Made by a program: the position numbers and the translations under genes
Notes under the pieces: model-generated
Database searches by the model: none
The model's input: only the letters and a program-made list of their open reading frames with translations
What the model was told of the DNA's origin: nothing
Shown here: piece after piece, positions 1-8,543 of the stretch
Layout: each line of letters starts with the position of its first letter
Position numbering within the stretch: the stretch's first letter is position 1
Source of the DNA: Synechococcus sp. A15-28
GTDB taxonomy: Bacteria; Cyanobacteriota; Cyanobacteriia; PCC-6307; Cyanobiaceae
NCBI RefSeq assembly: GCF_014280175.1
Contig: NZ_CP047931.1
Span: 420,001 to 452,000, forward strand
Reading direction: 5' to 3'
DNA length: 32,000 bases

Positions 1-2
1 TG

Positions 3-1544
3 GACCAGTCCGCCGGAGACCTGTCCATCGGCCTTGGGCAGGCCGGGCCGGAGAGCTTCCGGCGCATGTTGCAGGAGGCGCTGCGGGATCAGACGGACTG
101 TCTGGTGGTGGTGAAGGTGCACCCGGATGTGATCCGGGGCCGCGCCCGGGGCCATTTCCGCCGTCAGGATCTGCAGCACCCGCGCATCCGCCTCTGCGCT
201 GACGGATTGCACCCTGCCGCCCTGTTAGAGCAGGCCCAGGCGGTGTATGTGGTGACCTCCCAGATGGGGTTTGAGGCGCTGTTGTGGGGACGGACCGTCC
301 ACTGCTTCGGCATGCCTTTTTATGCCGGGTGGGGACTCACCGTGGATCGTTTGCCGGCTCCGGCCCGTCGGGGAGCGTCGGTGCCGTTGGCGGCGGTGGT
401 GCATGCGGCGCTGGTGGAGGGCACCCGCTGCGTGGACCCCCATCGGCATCAACCCTGTCAGATCGAGACGCTGATGGACGCCATCGGCCTGCAACGTCGG
501 CAGCAGGGGGCGGATCCCCTGCGGGTGCAGGCCTTTGGCTTCACTCCATGGAAGCAACGCAGCCTCAAGCGCTTTCTGGCCGGCAGTGAGCTGCGCTTTC
601 GCCTGCCGCGGGCGCTGCCGGGGCCGCGGGCGGAGGCCGTGGCGGTGTGGGGCCGGCGGGCTCGACCGCGTCTGCTGGCGACGGCGCGCCGTCGGGGGCT
701 GCCGCTGCTGCATGTGGAGGACGGTTTCCTGCGCTCGGTGGGCCTGGGGGCCGATCTGATCGACCCCATCTCCTGGGTGGTGGACCGCCGCGGCATGTAT
801 TACGACGCCACGGAGGCCAGCGATCTGGAGCAGCGGCTGGCCACAGGAATCTGGAGTGAGCCGCAGTTGCAGCGGGCCGAGGCCTTGCGCCAGCAGCTGG
901 TGGCGCAGGCCATCACCAAATACAACCTCCCAGGGGGCGGATGGCAGCGCCCCGACGCTGCCAGGCGGGTGGTGCTGGTGGTGGGGCAGGTGGAAAGCGA
1001 CGCTTCCATCCGCTATGGCGCTCCGGGGCACTCCAGCAACCTGGCACTGCTGCAGGCGGTGCGTGCGGCGGAACCGGAAGCGTTCCTGGTGTACAAACCC
1101 CATCCCGACGTGGTGGCGGGTCTCTGCCGCTCCGGTGATGGGGAGCAGCGGGCGGCCCAGGTATGCGACTGCTTGCTGCGCGATGGCTCGATCCATGCCC
1201 TGTTTGAGCAGGTGGATGCCCTGCATGTGCTCACCTCCCTGGCAGGGTTTGAGGCGCTGTTGCGGGGAGTGGAGGTGCATTGCTGGGGACTGCCCTTTTA
1301 TGCGGGTTGGGGGCTGACCCAGGATCGGTTGTCCTCGCCCCGGCGGGGCCGGTCGCTGCCTTTGGCGGCGTTGGTGCATGCCGCCTTGATTGATTACCCC
1401 CGCTACGTCAGCCGCCGCAGCGGTTGGTTCATCACTCCAGAGCAAGCCATTGAGGAGCTAGTGGCATGGCGGGATGCACCTCCAGCCCGCCGCACCCTGG
1501 TGCAGGCCCTGTTCCGACACTGGGGGCGTCTGTTCAATCGTTAG
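3..1544 (+). CDS. kpsC: KpsC-like capsular polysaccharide export/biosynthesis protein (beta-Kdo transferase type), 5' end outside the window
   Basis: The frame is open from the window edge (the given ORF starts at an internal ATG, 66). Two copies of the motif KxHPDV...G and of EALLxGxxVHCxGxPFYAGWGLTxDRL...RRGxSxPLAAxVHAAL are present, the internal duplication typical of KpsC. Confidence 0.88.
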   Translation, partial: DQSAGDLSIGLGQAGPESFRRMLQEALRDQTDCLVVVKVHPDVIRGRARGHFRRQDLQHPRIRLCADGLHPAALLEQAQAVYVVTSQMGFEALLWGRTVHCFGMPFYAGWGLTVDRLPAPARRGASVPLAAVVHAALVEGTRCVDPHRHQPCQIETLMDAIGLQRRQQGADPLRVQAFGFTPWKQRSLKRFLAGSELRFRLPRALPGPRAEAVAVWGRRARPRLLATARRRGLPLLHVEDGFLRSVGLGADLIDPISWVVDRRGMYYDATEASDLEQRLATGIWSEPQLQRAEALRQQLVAQAITKYNLPGGGWQRPDAARRVVLVVGQVESDASIRYGAPGHSSNLALLQAVRAAEPEAFLVYKPHPDVVAGLCRSGDGEQRAAQVCDCLLRDGSIHALFEQVDALHVLTSLAGFEALLRGVEVHCWGLPFYAGWGLTQDRLSSPRRGRSLPLAALVHAALIDYPRYVSRRSGWFITPEQAIEELVAWRDAPPARRTLVQALFRHWGRLFNR

Positions 1545-1758
1545 ATGTTGTACTTAGTGCGACTATTTATAACGAATTTTTATAGGGTCTATTAGTTAGT
1601 TGATCGTCGACAAGGTTTTCTTCTTCTGCTTGTGGTGCTCTTTTGTTGTGAATTGTTGGCGTCGGGGTGTCTCGCGTCATTCAGATTTGCGGAAATGTCT
1701 GTCAATGTTGCTGCTTTAGGCGTGGCGAATGGCTAGAGGGGATATGCATCGAGATTGT

Positions 1759-2691
1759 TTAGTTGGTGCCAGAGAAATTTCTTTCAAGGAATCTGCGGAA
1801 TAATTTCCACTCTTCTTCTGTGAAAAAGGTGTGGCATTTGATGGCAAGATCAAGGCCACGTTCATTTAGTCTGGGGTTTGGGTTTTTGTTGCTGATTTTG
1901 AGTCTTGGGTCAGTGGATAGATTTTTGGCTTGTTCTGGTAACATTGCATTAAGTAAGTTCCTAAAATACTGTTGTGGCTGTTGGTTATTGCTTACAAGCT
2001 CGTATTCGAGTTGAATGATTTCTATCGATCTATGCGAAATAGTTTTCTCGGACAACCTATCGTTGATTTTGCTCAAGGATGACATTAGTGTGATCTTTTC
2101 TGCAAAGGAAAAGTCTCTCGTTTCGAGGAAGCTGTTCAGGCTTGCCGATGAGGGAAGATGATTGCCTTCCTTGACGTATTGATTGTGGCATGATCGAATA
2201 AATTCATCCTCGTTGCGTGTGATAAATATTATTTGCCACTGGATTGAAGCACTTTTGAGGGAGTTTTCCAGTACTTGCATGAGCCGCCTGGTTCTAGTTT
2301 CTGCGTACCGATAGAGTCCCTTTGTGTCCTCTCCATTTTCCTTGGAAGGAAGACTGATGTCAGGGTTGTGGAAAAGCCCGAAATGAAGTGTTCCAAAAAT
2401 AGCTTCGCATGATATTAAAATGGTATCTATCATTTCTTCATTGCCTTCGCATAGCTTATTGAGAATTTTCCGTGTGTTTTTTTGTAATTCTCGCGGTACC
2501 CTGTCACTTCCAGTATCTATGTGTTGCCATAGCTCGACCAAGTCGAATTTAAGGGTTCTTGGACCTATGTAAAGGACTCTATTTTCTTGTAAAATATTGC
2601 GGTTTTTTCTGCAGTTCAGTTGAAAGTAACTGGTGCCGGTTTTGTGTAAACCGCAATGGAGTACAATTCGACTGGGCTTGAGTTTGCTCAA
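1759..2691 (-). CDS. Sulfotransferase-family-like protein
   Basis: 310 aa ORF with N-terminal IVLHCGLHKTGTSYFQ, which resembles the PAPS 5'-phosphosulfate binding loop (HxGxxKTGT). It lies in a markedly AT-richer segment. Confidence 0.7.
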   Translation of the reverse strand: MSKLKPSRIVLHCGLHKTGTSYFQLNCRKNRNILQENRVLYIGPRTLKFDLVELWQHIDTGSDRVPRELQKNTRKILNKLCEGNEEMIDTILISCEAIFGTLHFGLFHNPDISLPSKENGEDTKGLYRYAETRTRRLMQVLENSLKSASIQWQIIFITRNEDEFIRSCHNQYVKEGNHLPSSASLNSFLETRDFSFAEKITLMSSLSKINDRLSEKTISHRSIEIIQLEYELVSNNQQPQQYFRNLLNAMLPEQAKNLSTDPRLKISNKNPNPRLNERGLDLAIKCHTFFTEEEWKLFRRFLERNFSGTN

Positions 2692-2789
2692 GGGAATGAT
2701 TGACTTTCAGGGTGTGATTTTGGCTCGGTGAGAGCTGAGGCTTTTATTGGTAGTGAGTTTGATGAAGGGGCGTTCCGGGAGAGTTTGGA

Positions 2790-4910
2790 TTGCCGCGTAT
2801 TGGCAGTGAAATAAAAGTCAATATTGTAGTTAATAGATTCAAAATATATATTTTGTGTTTTGAATGTGTCAAGATTGAAATAGTTTCAAGTAACGGCTTG
2901 GCCACGAGACGGGCACCGGCGCTGGTGCAGGTGCGCATCGAAGGACCGGTTCTGCTGCTGATGGGCCCGATCGGGCTGTTCTTTGCCCGTTTTAGCCGCT
3001 ACCTGCGGGGCTGCGGCATCCCGGTCACCAAGGTGCGTTTCCCGCTGCGGGAATTTGGCTTTCCGGCTGATGTTTGTGTGCCGTTCCGGGAGCCGATGGA
3101 GGCCTGGCGGCCCTTTCTGCGCCAGCTGCTGCAGGAGCGGGGCATCCGCCACATCTTTATGTATGGGGACTTCATCATTCCCCACCGGATTGCGATTGAA
3201 GAGGCCCAGGCCCTTGGGATTGAGGCCTGGGTGTTCGAGCTGGGTTACCTGCGGCCCAATTACGTGACCCTGGAGCGGGACCGGGTCAATGCTCGTTCCA
3301 ACCTCAACCAACCCGCGGTCTTCTATCGCCAGCTGCCGCCGGTGGATCAGTTGCCGCGAGACATCGTGCTGGACTCGGGTTGGCGTTGGCGCAAGGCCTG
3401 GAAGGCCCCCACCTTTATCCAGCACGCCTTCACCCGTTACCCGATCATCGAGGGGGAGCACAAACTGCAACCCACCCCTGGTTTTCTCTGGTGCCAGCTG
3501 CGCGGCAGCTGGCGCTACTGGCTGTACCGCTGGCAGGAGCGGAATCTGAAGCGGCGGCTGCTGGAGCACCTCTCGTTTTTCTTGGCGGTGCTGCAGGTCT
3601 CCAGTGATTCGCAGATCCAGCTGGGCTCGCCCTACCGCGGTATGCACGACTTCATTGAGGACGTGATCCGGTCTTTTGCGGCCCATGCCCACAGCTCCGA
3701 TCATCTGGCCTTCAAACACCATCCGCGGGACCGGGGCTACAACCACTACGGAAGCCTGATCGCTGTGCTGGCAGGGCGTTACGGCGTCAGTGGCCGGGTG
3801 CACTACTTCCACGACGGCCCCCTCAGCCGCTACCTGCGCACCTGCCGCGGGGTGATCACGGTGAACAGCACGGTGGGCCTTCAAGCCCTGTTCCATGCAG
3901 TGCCCACCAAAACCATGGGCAACACCTTCTACAACCTGGACGGACTGACGGACCAGAAGCCTCTGGATGATTTCTGGCGGGACCCCCAGCCCAGTGATCG
4001 GCCGCTGTTCTGGCGCTTCTATCACCACCTGGTGATGACCACTCAGGTGAATGGCAATTTCGACGGGGACTTCCCCTTCCGCATCACCTTCCCGATTGGC
4101 CAAGGGGCTCGCCAGCTGGATCCGCAGCCGCAGCTGCCGCCGCTTCGGCCACGGCCACGGATGAACTCCCTGCTGGTGCCGGCCCGGGTGCTAGCCCGCC
4201 TGGGTTGGGCCGCCGTGGGGTTTGTCTTGTACGGCCTGCAGTTGCCTGCGGTGCTGTTGCGGCGTGCGGACTTGGCGGCGCAACTGATGACCTGGGCCTC
4301 AGCTGTGGCCTTGCGGGCGCTTGGGGTGCAGGTGGTGGTGGATGACAGTCAGCCCAGCGAGCCGGCCGGGATGCCCCTGGTGCACATCTTCAACCACCGC
4401 AGCCCCTGTGATGGCCTGGTGATTCAAGGGGTGCTGCGCCTGCCGGGCATGACCACGGCTCAGTTGCATCTGAAATGGGTGTTGCCCGGATACGCGGCCG
4501 CAGCCCGCAACGCCGGGTCGGCCGTGTTGGATCACCGTCAGCCCAGTTCGCGCCTGGAAGGGATGATGCGGGCCTCCGCGTTGTTGCGCGACCACGGTCA
4601 GATCATGCTGGCCCCCAACGGCTCATTGGTGACGCCGATCGAAGAGCGGGTGTCCCCCAGCGCCTGGATGCTGGCTCAGCACTACGACGGTTGTGTGGTG
4701 CCCTGGCTGTTTCGCTATGACGGACTGGATGAGGCTGTGGGTGCCCGATACCGCCCCCTGGCGCTGCTGTTGAGCCGGTTGACGGCGCCGTTGGGAACGA
4801 TTCACTGCCGCCGGGGCCGGTCCCAGGATCTGGTTCTGCCAAAGGATCCCCGTGATCGGGAGGGGTTCAGCCGTGCTGTGCGGGCGTATTACCAGCAAGC
4901 ACAAGACTGA
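2790..4910 (+). CDS. KpsS-like capsule polysaccharide protein fused to a C-terminal PlsC-type acyltransferase. The true start is uncertain; the TTG at 2898 or GTG at 2925 fit the domain better than the ATG at 2790.
   Basis: N-terminal part: GPVLLLMGPIGLFFARFSRYLRGCGIPVTKVRF ... GVITVNSTVGLQALFHAVPTKTMGNTFYNLDGLTDQKPLDDFW ... TTQVNGNFD, typical of KpsS. C-terminal part (from about aa 460): HIFNHRSPCDG (HX4D), LAPNGSLVTP, CVVPWLF, resembling PlsC blocks. Confidence 0.8.
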   Translation: MPRIGSEIKVNIVVNRFKIYILCFECVKIEIVSSNGLATRRAPALVQVRIEGPVLLLMGPIGLFFARFSRYLRGCGIPVTKVRFPLREFGFPADVCVPFREPMEAWRPFLRQLLQERGIRHIFMYGDFIIPHRIAIEEAQALGIEAWVFELGYLRPNYVTLERDRVNARSNLNQPAVFYRQLPPVDQLPRDIVLDSGWRWRKAWKAPTFIQHAFTRYPIIEGEHKLQPTPGFLWCQLRGSWRYWLYRWQERNLKRRLLEHLSFFLAVLQVSSDSQIQLGSPYRGMHDFIEDVIRSFAAHAHSSDHLAFKHHPRDRGYNHYGSLIAVLAGRYGVSGRVHYFHDGPLSRYLRTCRGVITVNSTVGLQALFHAVPTKTMGNTFYNLDGLTDQKPLDDFWRDPQPSDRPLFWRFYHHLVMTTQVNGNFDGDFPFRITFPIGQGARQLDPQPQLPPLRPRPRMNSLLVPARVLARLGWAAVGFVLYGLQLPAVLLRRADLAAQLMTWASAVALRALGVQVVVDDSQPSEPAGMPLVHIFNHRSPCDGLVIQGVLRLPGMTTAQLHLKWVLPGYAAAARNAGSAVLDHRQPSSRLEGMMRASALLRDHGQIMLAPNGSLVTPIEERVSPSAWMLAQHYDGCVVPWLFRYDGLDEAVGARYRPLALLLSRLTAPLGTIHCRRGRSQDLVLPKDPRDREGFSRAVRAYYQQAQD

Positions 4911-6132
4911 TGTTGTGACCGCCGAATCCGAAGGCATTCTTGAGCAGCAGACGTTGGCCTTGATCTGAAGAAAGCTGCACAGGGCCCTGTTTGGTGACGG
5001 CCAGCTCCACCTCAGGATCCAGGGGGTCGGCATTTAGGCTGCCGGGCAATACGCCATGGCGCAGGGCCTGCAGGGCCAGGATGGTTTCCACCGCACCGGC
5101 GCCCCCCAGTAGGTGGCCCAGCTGGCCCTTGGGGGCGTAAACCGGCAGATGATCGGCAGCACTGCCAAGGCTGCGCCGCAATGCTCTGGCCTCCGCCAGG
5201 TCACCGAGGCTGGTGCCGGTGGCATGGGCCTGAACACCGCAGAGGTCTGAGGGGTTCACCTTCGCCCGACGCAAGGCCTCGTCGATGGCACGGCTGGCCT
5301 GCAGCCCCTGGGGCTCGGGGGCGACGATGTGGTGGGCATCGCTGCTGCTGCCACTGGCCAGCAACCAGCCCAGGTCGGCCCCTGGAGGCGTGTCCTGTTG
5401 CCGCATCAAGGCCAGGACGCCGGCGCCTTCGGAGAGCACGAAGCCATCTCGACCGAGGCCGTAGGGCCGGGAGGCTTGATCAGGAGCGTCGTTGCGGCTG
5501 GACAGGGCGCGCATGGCTGCAAAGCCCACCAGCCCAAGTCGGTTCACCGGAGCTTCGCTGCCCCCGGCCAGCACCAGATCGGCGCGGTCGTCGTTGAGCA
5601 GCATCTGGCCCAGCATCAATGCTTCGGCGCCGGAGGCGCAGGCGGACACCGGGGTGTGGGCACCGCCGAGCAGACCGAGCTCAATGGCCACCTGGCCAGC
5701 GGCGGCATCGGGGATCAGCATCGGCACGGTGAGGGGGTTCACCCGGCTTGGTCCCCCCGTGCTGAGTTGCGTGTGTTGCTCGTGCATGGTGGCGAGGCCG
5801 CCGATGCCCGTGCCGATCACCACGGCGATGCGGCTTGGATCCAGGCCGGTGGTGATGGAGCTGGCCATGGTCCAGGCCTCCCGTGCGGCCACCAGGGCGA
5901 GCTGGGCGCAGCGATCGGAGCGGCGGCGGAGCAGGGGCGGCAGGCTGTTGAGGGCCCCCGTTGGGACGCAACCGGCCAGACGCACGGGCAGATCCTCGGT
6001 CCAGGGCGTCTGAAGGGTTTGAATGCCACTGCGGCCGGCGATCACCGCGTCCCAGGTGCTGTTGGCATCGGCCCCCAGCGGGTTGAGGGAACCCCACCCC
6101 ACCACTGCTGTTGGTTCAGCTTTGAGAGCCAT
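4867..6132 (-). CDS. Beta-ketoacyl-[acyl-carrier-protein] synthase, FabF/KAS II-like (ORF extends to 6180; start at 6132, MALKAEPTAVVGWG, preferred)
   Basis: Active-site Cys context VSACASGAEA, His context QAHATGTSLGD, second His GHLLGGAGA, and C-terminal KNAFGFGGHN. The catalytic triad appears intact. Confidence 0.88.
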   Translation of the reverse strand: MALKAEPTAVVGWGSLNPLGADANSTWDAVIAGRSGIQTLQTPWTEDLPVRLAGCVPTGALNSLPPLLRRRSDRCAQLALVAAREAWTMASSITTGLDPSRIAVVIGTGIGGLATMHEQHTQLSTGGPSRVNPLTVPMLIPDAAAGQVAIELGLLGGAHTPVSACASGAEALMLGQMLLNDDRADLVLAGGSEAPVNRLGLVGFAAMRALSSRNDAPDQASRPYGLGRDGFVLSEGAGVLALMRQQDTPPGADLGWLLASGSSSDAHHIVAPEPQGLQASRAIDEALRRAKVNPSDLCGVQAHATGTSLGDLAEARALRRSLGSAADHLPVYAPKGQLGHLLGGAGAVETILALQALRHGVLPGSLNADPLDPEVELAVTKQGPVQLSSDQGQRLLLKNAFGFGGHNISLVLAGNTPAQHG

Positions 6133-6397
6133 CGCTCTGGCGGAGACTGGGGGATTCCAGGTGCTGCTGGATGTCCGCAACCGTGCGGAACCGGAGTAGT
6201 TCCTCTTCCTTGATCCGGATGCCGAAGTTGGTGTCTGCCTCGATCAGGATTTCGTAGAACCCAAGGGAGTCAATCCCCACGTCCTCCATCAGCCGGGCAT
6301 CAGGGGTGATCACGGCTGGATCGGCGCCGGAGATGCGGTGCAGCATCTCGATCAGCCGTCCCTGCAGCTCTTGCTTGTCAGGGCAGCTCTCACCCAA
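6116..6397 (-). CDS. Acyl carrier protein
   Basis: 93 aa, with phosphopantetheine attachment motif DVGIDSLGFYEILIEADTNFGIRI. Confidence 0.88.
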   Translation of the reverse strand: MGESCPDKQELQGRLIEMLHRISGADPAVITPDARLMEDVGIDSLGFYEILIEADTNFGIRIKEEELLRFRTVADIQQHLESPSLRQSDGSQS

Positions 6398-6442
6398 CGC
6401 ATGACCTCTCGGTGAGTAGTAAAGGTACCAGTGATGGTGGGA

Positions 6443-7354
6443 TTACTCGTCACCTCGGTACCAGCTGAAGCGTTGGTAGACGGGCTGGTGGGGCAGGTCG
6501 ATGAACAGGGCGAGCCGTTCTGGCGGCAACCGCCGCAGGTCGGCGGCCATCAGGATTTCAGTGATCTGGTTGAAGTCCAGGGCAAGGGACAGATCACAGA
6601 CTTCCGAGTGCATCAAGTTGAAGTACTGACGCAGCAGCACCGGTAATCGGAAATCGTCGGAGAGGGTCTGGCGGATCTCCTGCTCGAGGGCCTGGATGTG
6701 GCCGCTGGGATGGGGGGTGTCATCGGCGTGAATGCCTGGGAAGGGATGGCGTGGGGCCGGTAAGGGGGTGTTAAGGCGCCGGTAGGGCGGACGCAGCAGG
6801 GCGCTGAGGAAGGCGGCGTTCACCGCATCGCTGTAGGCGAAGTGGTTGTAGGAGACCAACCCGTGCAGCAGCTGGTAGCCGCTGCGGGCAGCGATCAACA
6901 GACCGCCGCGGAACAGGGCCATCAACGAATGGGGCTGCCGTTGGAAGCGTTCCGCCAGGGCGACCCTGCCGATCTCGAGATGGTTGGTGCGACTGGCCAG
7001 GTCCGCCTTGATGCCGGGGTAGACGTGTTCGAGGTAGGAGCCATCGCTGCCAGGCAAGGAGCTGGCACCGGCGGGGATGAATTGCAACCGGGCCGATCCG
7101 GCGAGGTCTCCACTGCTGCGTTCCACCAACAGAAGATGGTCGTAATGGGGATCGCGTCCGTCGAGGTCGCGCTCGTCACCGGACCCGCTCAGTTGCTTGC
7201 GATAAGTCGATTCTCGCAACCGTCCCACCGCGTCTGCCACCGGATCAAAGGCGGCCCCTGCGATCAGATGCAGGTCCAGGTCATCGATCGCCAGAAGTCG
7301 CGTGTCCGACGCCTCGGCCACAGCAGAGGGAATGGACGGACCAGACAGCGTCAT
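6443..7354 (-). CDS. GNAT-fold N-acyltransferase-like protein (ornithine N-acyltransferase / hemolysin-like / autoinducer-synthase superfamily)
   Basis: 303 aa. TYRKQLSG...YDHLLLVERSSGDLAGSARLQ...LEIGRVALAERFQRQPHSLMALFRGGLLIAARSGYQLLHGLVSYNHF resembles the Acetyltransf_5 / OlsB pattern (EIGR.al...r). Adjacent to ACP. Confidence 0.65.
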   Translation of the reverse strand: MTLSGPSIPSAVAEASDTRLLAIDDLDLHLIAGAAFDPVADAVGRLRESTYRKQLSGSGDERDLDGRDPHYDHLLLVERSSGDLAGSARLQFIPAGASSLPGSDGSYLEHVYPGIKADLASRTNHLEIGRVALAERFQRQPHSLMALFRGGLLIAARSGYQLLHGLVSYNHFAYSDAVNAAFLSALLRPPYRRLNTPLPAPRHPFPGIHADDTPHPSGHIQALEQEIRQTLSDDFRLPVLLRQYFNLMHSEVCDLSLALDFNQITEILMAADLRRLPPERLALFIDLPHQPVYQRFSWYRGDE

Positions 7355-7430
7355 TCGTGTTCCAATCTGTCTCAGCCAGCCGGCAGATTAGACCGACTCG
7401 TTCGAGCTTTCGTCGCTTCTCACTGCCTTG

Positions 7431-8519
7431 ATGCCTTTCCCTTCACGCCCTGCTGCTCTGGTCTGCACCCGGCTGATCGCGGGTCTGGCTGCCGCAGCAA
7501 CCCTGGCGGTTGTCCCGATCGCGGCATCGGCGGACTTACTGACTCGGGCCAGCGGGACCTCCAGCCTGAATCGGGAGGCCTTTCGCTATCGACTGGGTCC
7601 CGGGGACAGCCTGGCGATGTCGGTGTTCAAGATGGATGGCTACGAGGCCAAGGTGGAGGTGCTCAGTGACGGCACCATCAACCTGCCTCGCATCGGCACG
7701 ATCGAGGTTTGGGGGCTCACGCTCGAGGAGGCACGCCAGCGCATTACCGCGGCCTATGAGGTGTTCCTACGCCGGCCGATTGTTTATCTCGACTTGGTTA
7801 GTTCACGGCCGGTGAAGGTGACGGTCACCGGAGAGGTGGAGCGCCCCGGCGTGTTCAGCCTGCCGACCCAGGCAGAGGGGGGCTGGCCGACGCTGGTGGA
7901 TGTGGTGCAGAAGGCCGGCGGCGTCAGCGCCAGCGGTGATCTCTCCAGAATTGAGGTCTTGCGTCCCTCGGCCCGCCCCGAAGGCTCGATGCGTCGCTAT
8001 CAGTTTGATTACCTCACCGTGTTGCGTGAGGGGGGGCATGCCCCCAATCCGCTGATCTACGACGGCGACAGCATTCGCTTGTACCAGAGCGAAAGCGCTG
8101 ACAATGCTGATCTGATCACCACAGCGGCCTCCAACTTCGCCCCCGACACGATTCGTGTGAATGTGATCGGTGAGGTGGCCAAACCGGGCATTCAGCAGGT
8201 GCCCTCCAATGCCCCGCTGTCCCAGGCGATCTTTGCGTCGGGTGGAATCACCCGCCGCGGCAGCATCAGCACCGTGGAACTCGTCCGGGTGGATGGCGAC
8301 GGGGAACCGACGGTGAGGGTGATGAGCTTTGACCCCAGCGCTGTGTTGAGCAGCTCCACCAATCCCCCATTACGTCAGAACGATGTGATTGTTGTGAACC
8401 GCTCCGCTCTGGCCAAGGTGACCGATGGGTTGACCGACGCCTTCTCACCGTTGACGCCGATTGTGAACGCCGCCTCGATCTTCCGGATCCTCGGTTTGCC
8501 CACGGGATTGGGCAACTGA
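7431..8519 (+). CDS. Wza-type polysaccharide export protein (periplasmic PES domain plus SLBB-like domains)
   Basis: Hydrophobic N-terminus, then YRLGPGDSLAMSVFKMDGYEAKVEVLSDGTINLPRIGTIEVWGLTLEEARQRI and repeated VxVxGEVxxPG motifs. ATG at 7431 (ORF track starts at the preceding TTG). Confidence 0.88.
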   Translation: MPFPSRPAALVCTRLIAGLAAAATLAVVPIAASADLLTRASGTSSLNREAFRYRLGPGDSLAMSVFKMDGYEAKVEVLSDGTINLPRIGTIEVWGLTLEEARQRITAAYEVFLRRPIVYLDLVSSRPVKVTVTGEVERPGVFSLPTQAEGGWPTLVDVVQKAGGVSASGDLSRIEVLRPSARPEGSMRRYQFDYLTVLREGGHAPNPLIYDGDSIRLYQSESADNADLITTAASNFAPDTIRVNVIGEVAKPGIQQVPSNAPLSQAIFASGGITRRGSISTVELVRVDGDGEPTVRVMSFDPSAVLSSSTNPPLRQNDVIVVNRSALAKVTDGLTDAFSPLTPIVNAASIFRILGLPTGLGN

Positions 8520-8543
8520 GGATCGAAAGGTGCTGGTCGGGTG

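Noticed and set aside
225-1445. 406 aa minus-strand ORF opposite kpsC
   Set aside because: Shadow ORF in high-GC coding DNA; Gln/His/Arg/Pro-rich low-complexity translation while the plus strand has clear KpsC motifs.
1-1544. Near-repeat segments (about 285-385 and 1240-1340)
   Set aside because: Explained by the known internal domain duplication of KpsC-type proteins, not by a mobile or tandem repeat.
1763-2014. 83 aa plus-strand ORF opposite the sulfotransferase
   Set aside because: Lies fully within the better supported minus-strand gene; low-complexity composition.
2744-2938. 64 aa minus-strand ORF at the islet/kpsS junction
   Set aside because: Overlaps the 5' region of kpsS and has no recognisable features.
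2886-4103. 405 aa minus-strand ORF opposite kpsS
   Set aside because: Antisense shadow of the KpsS-like domain with no recognisable motifs.
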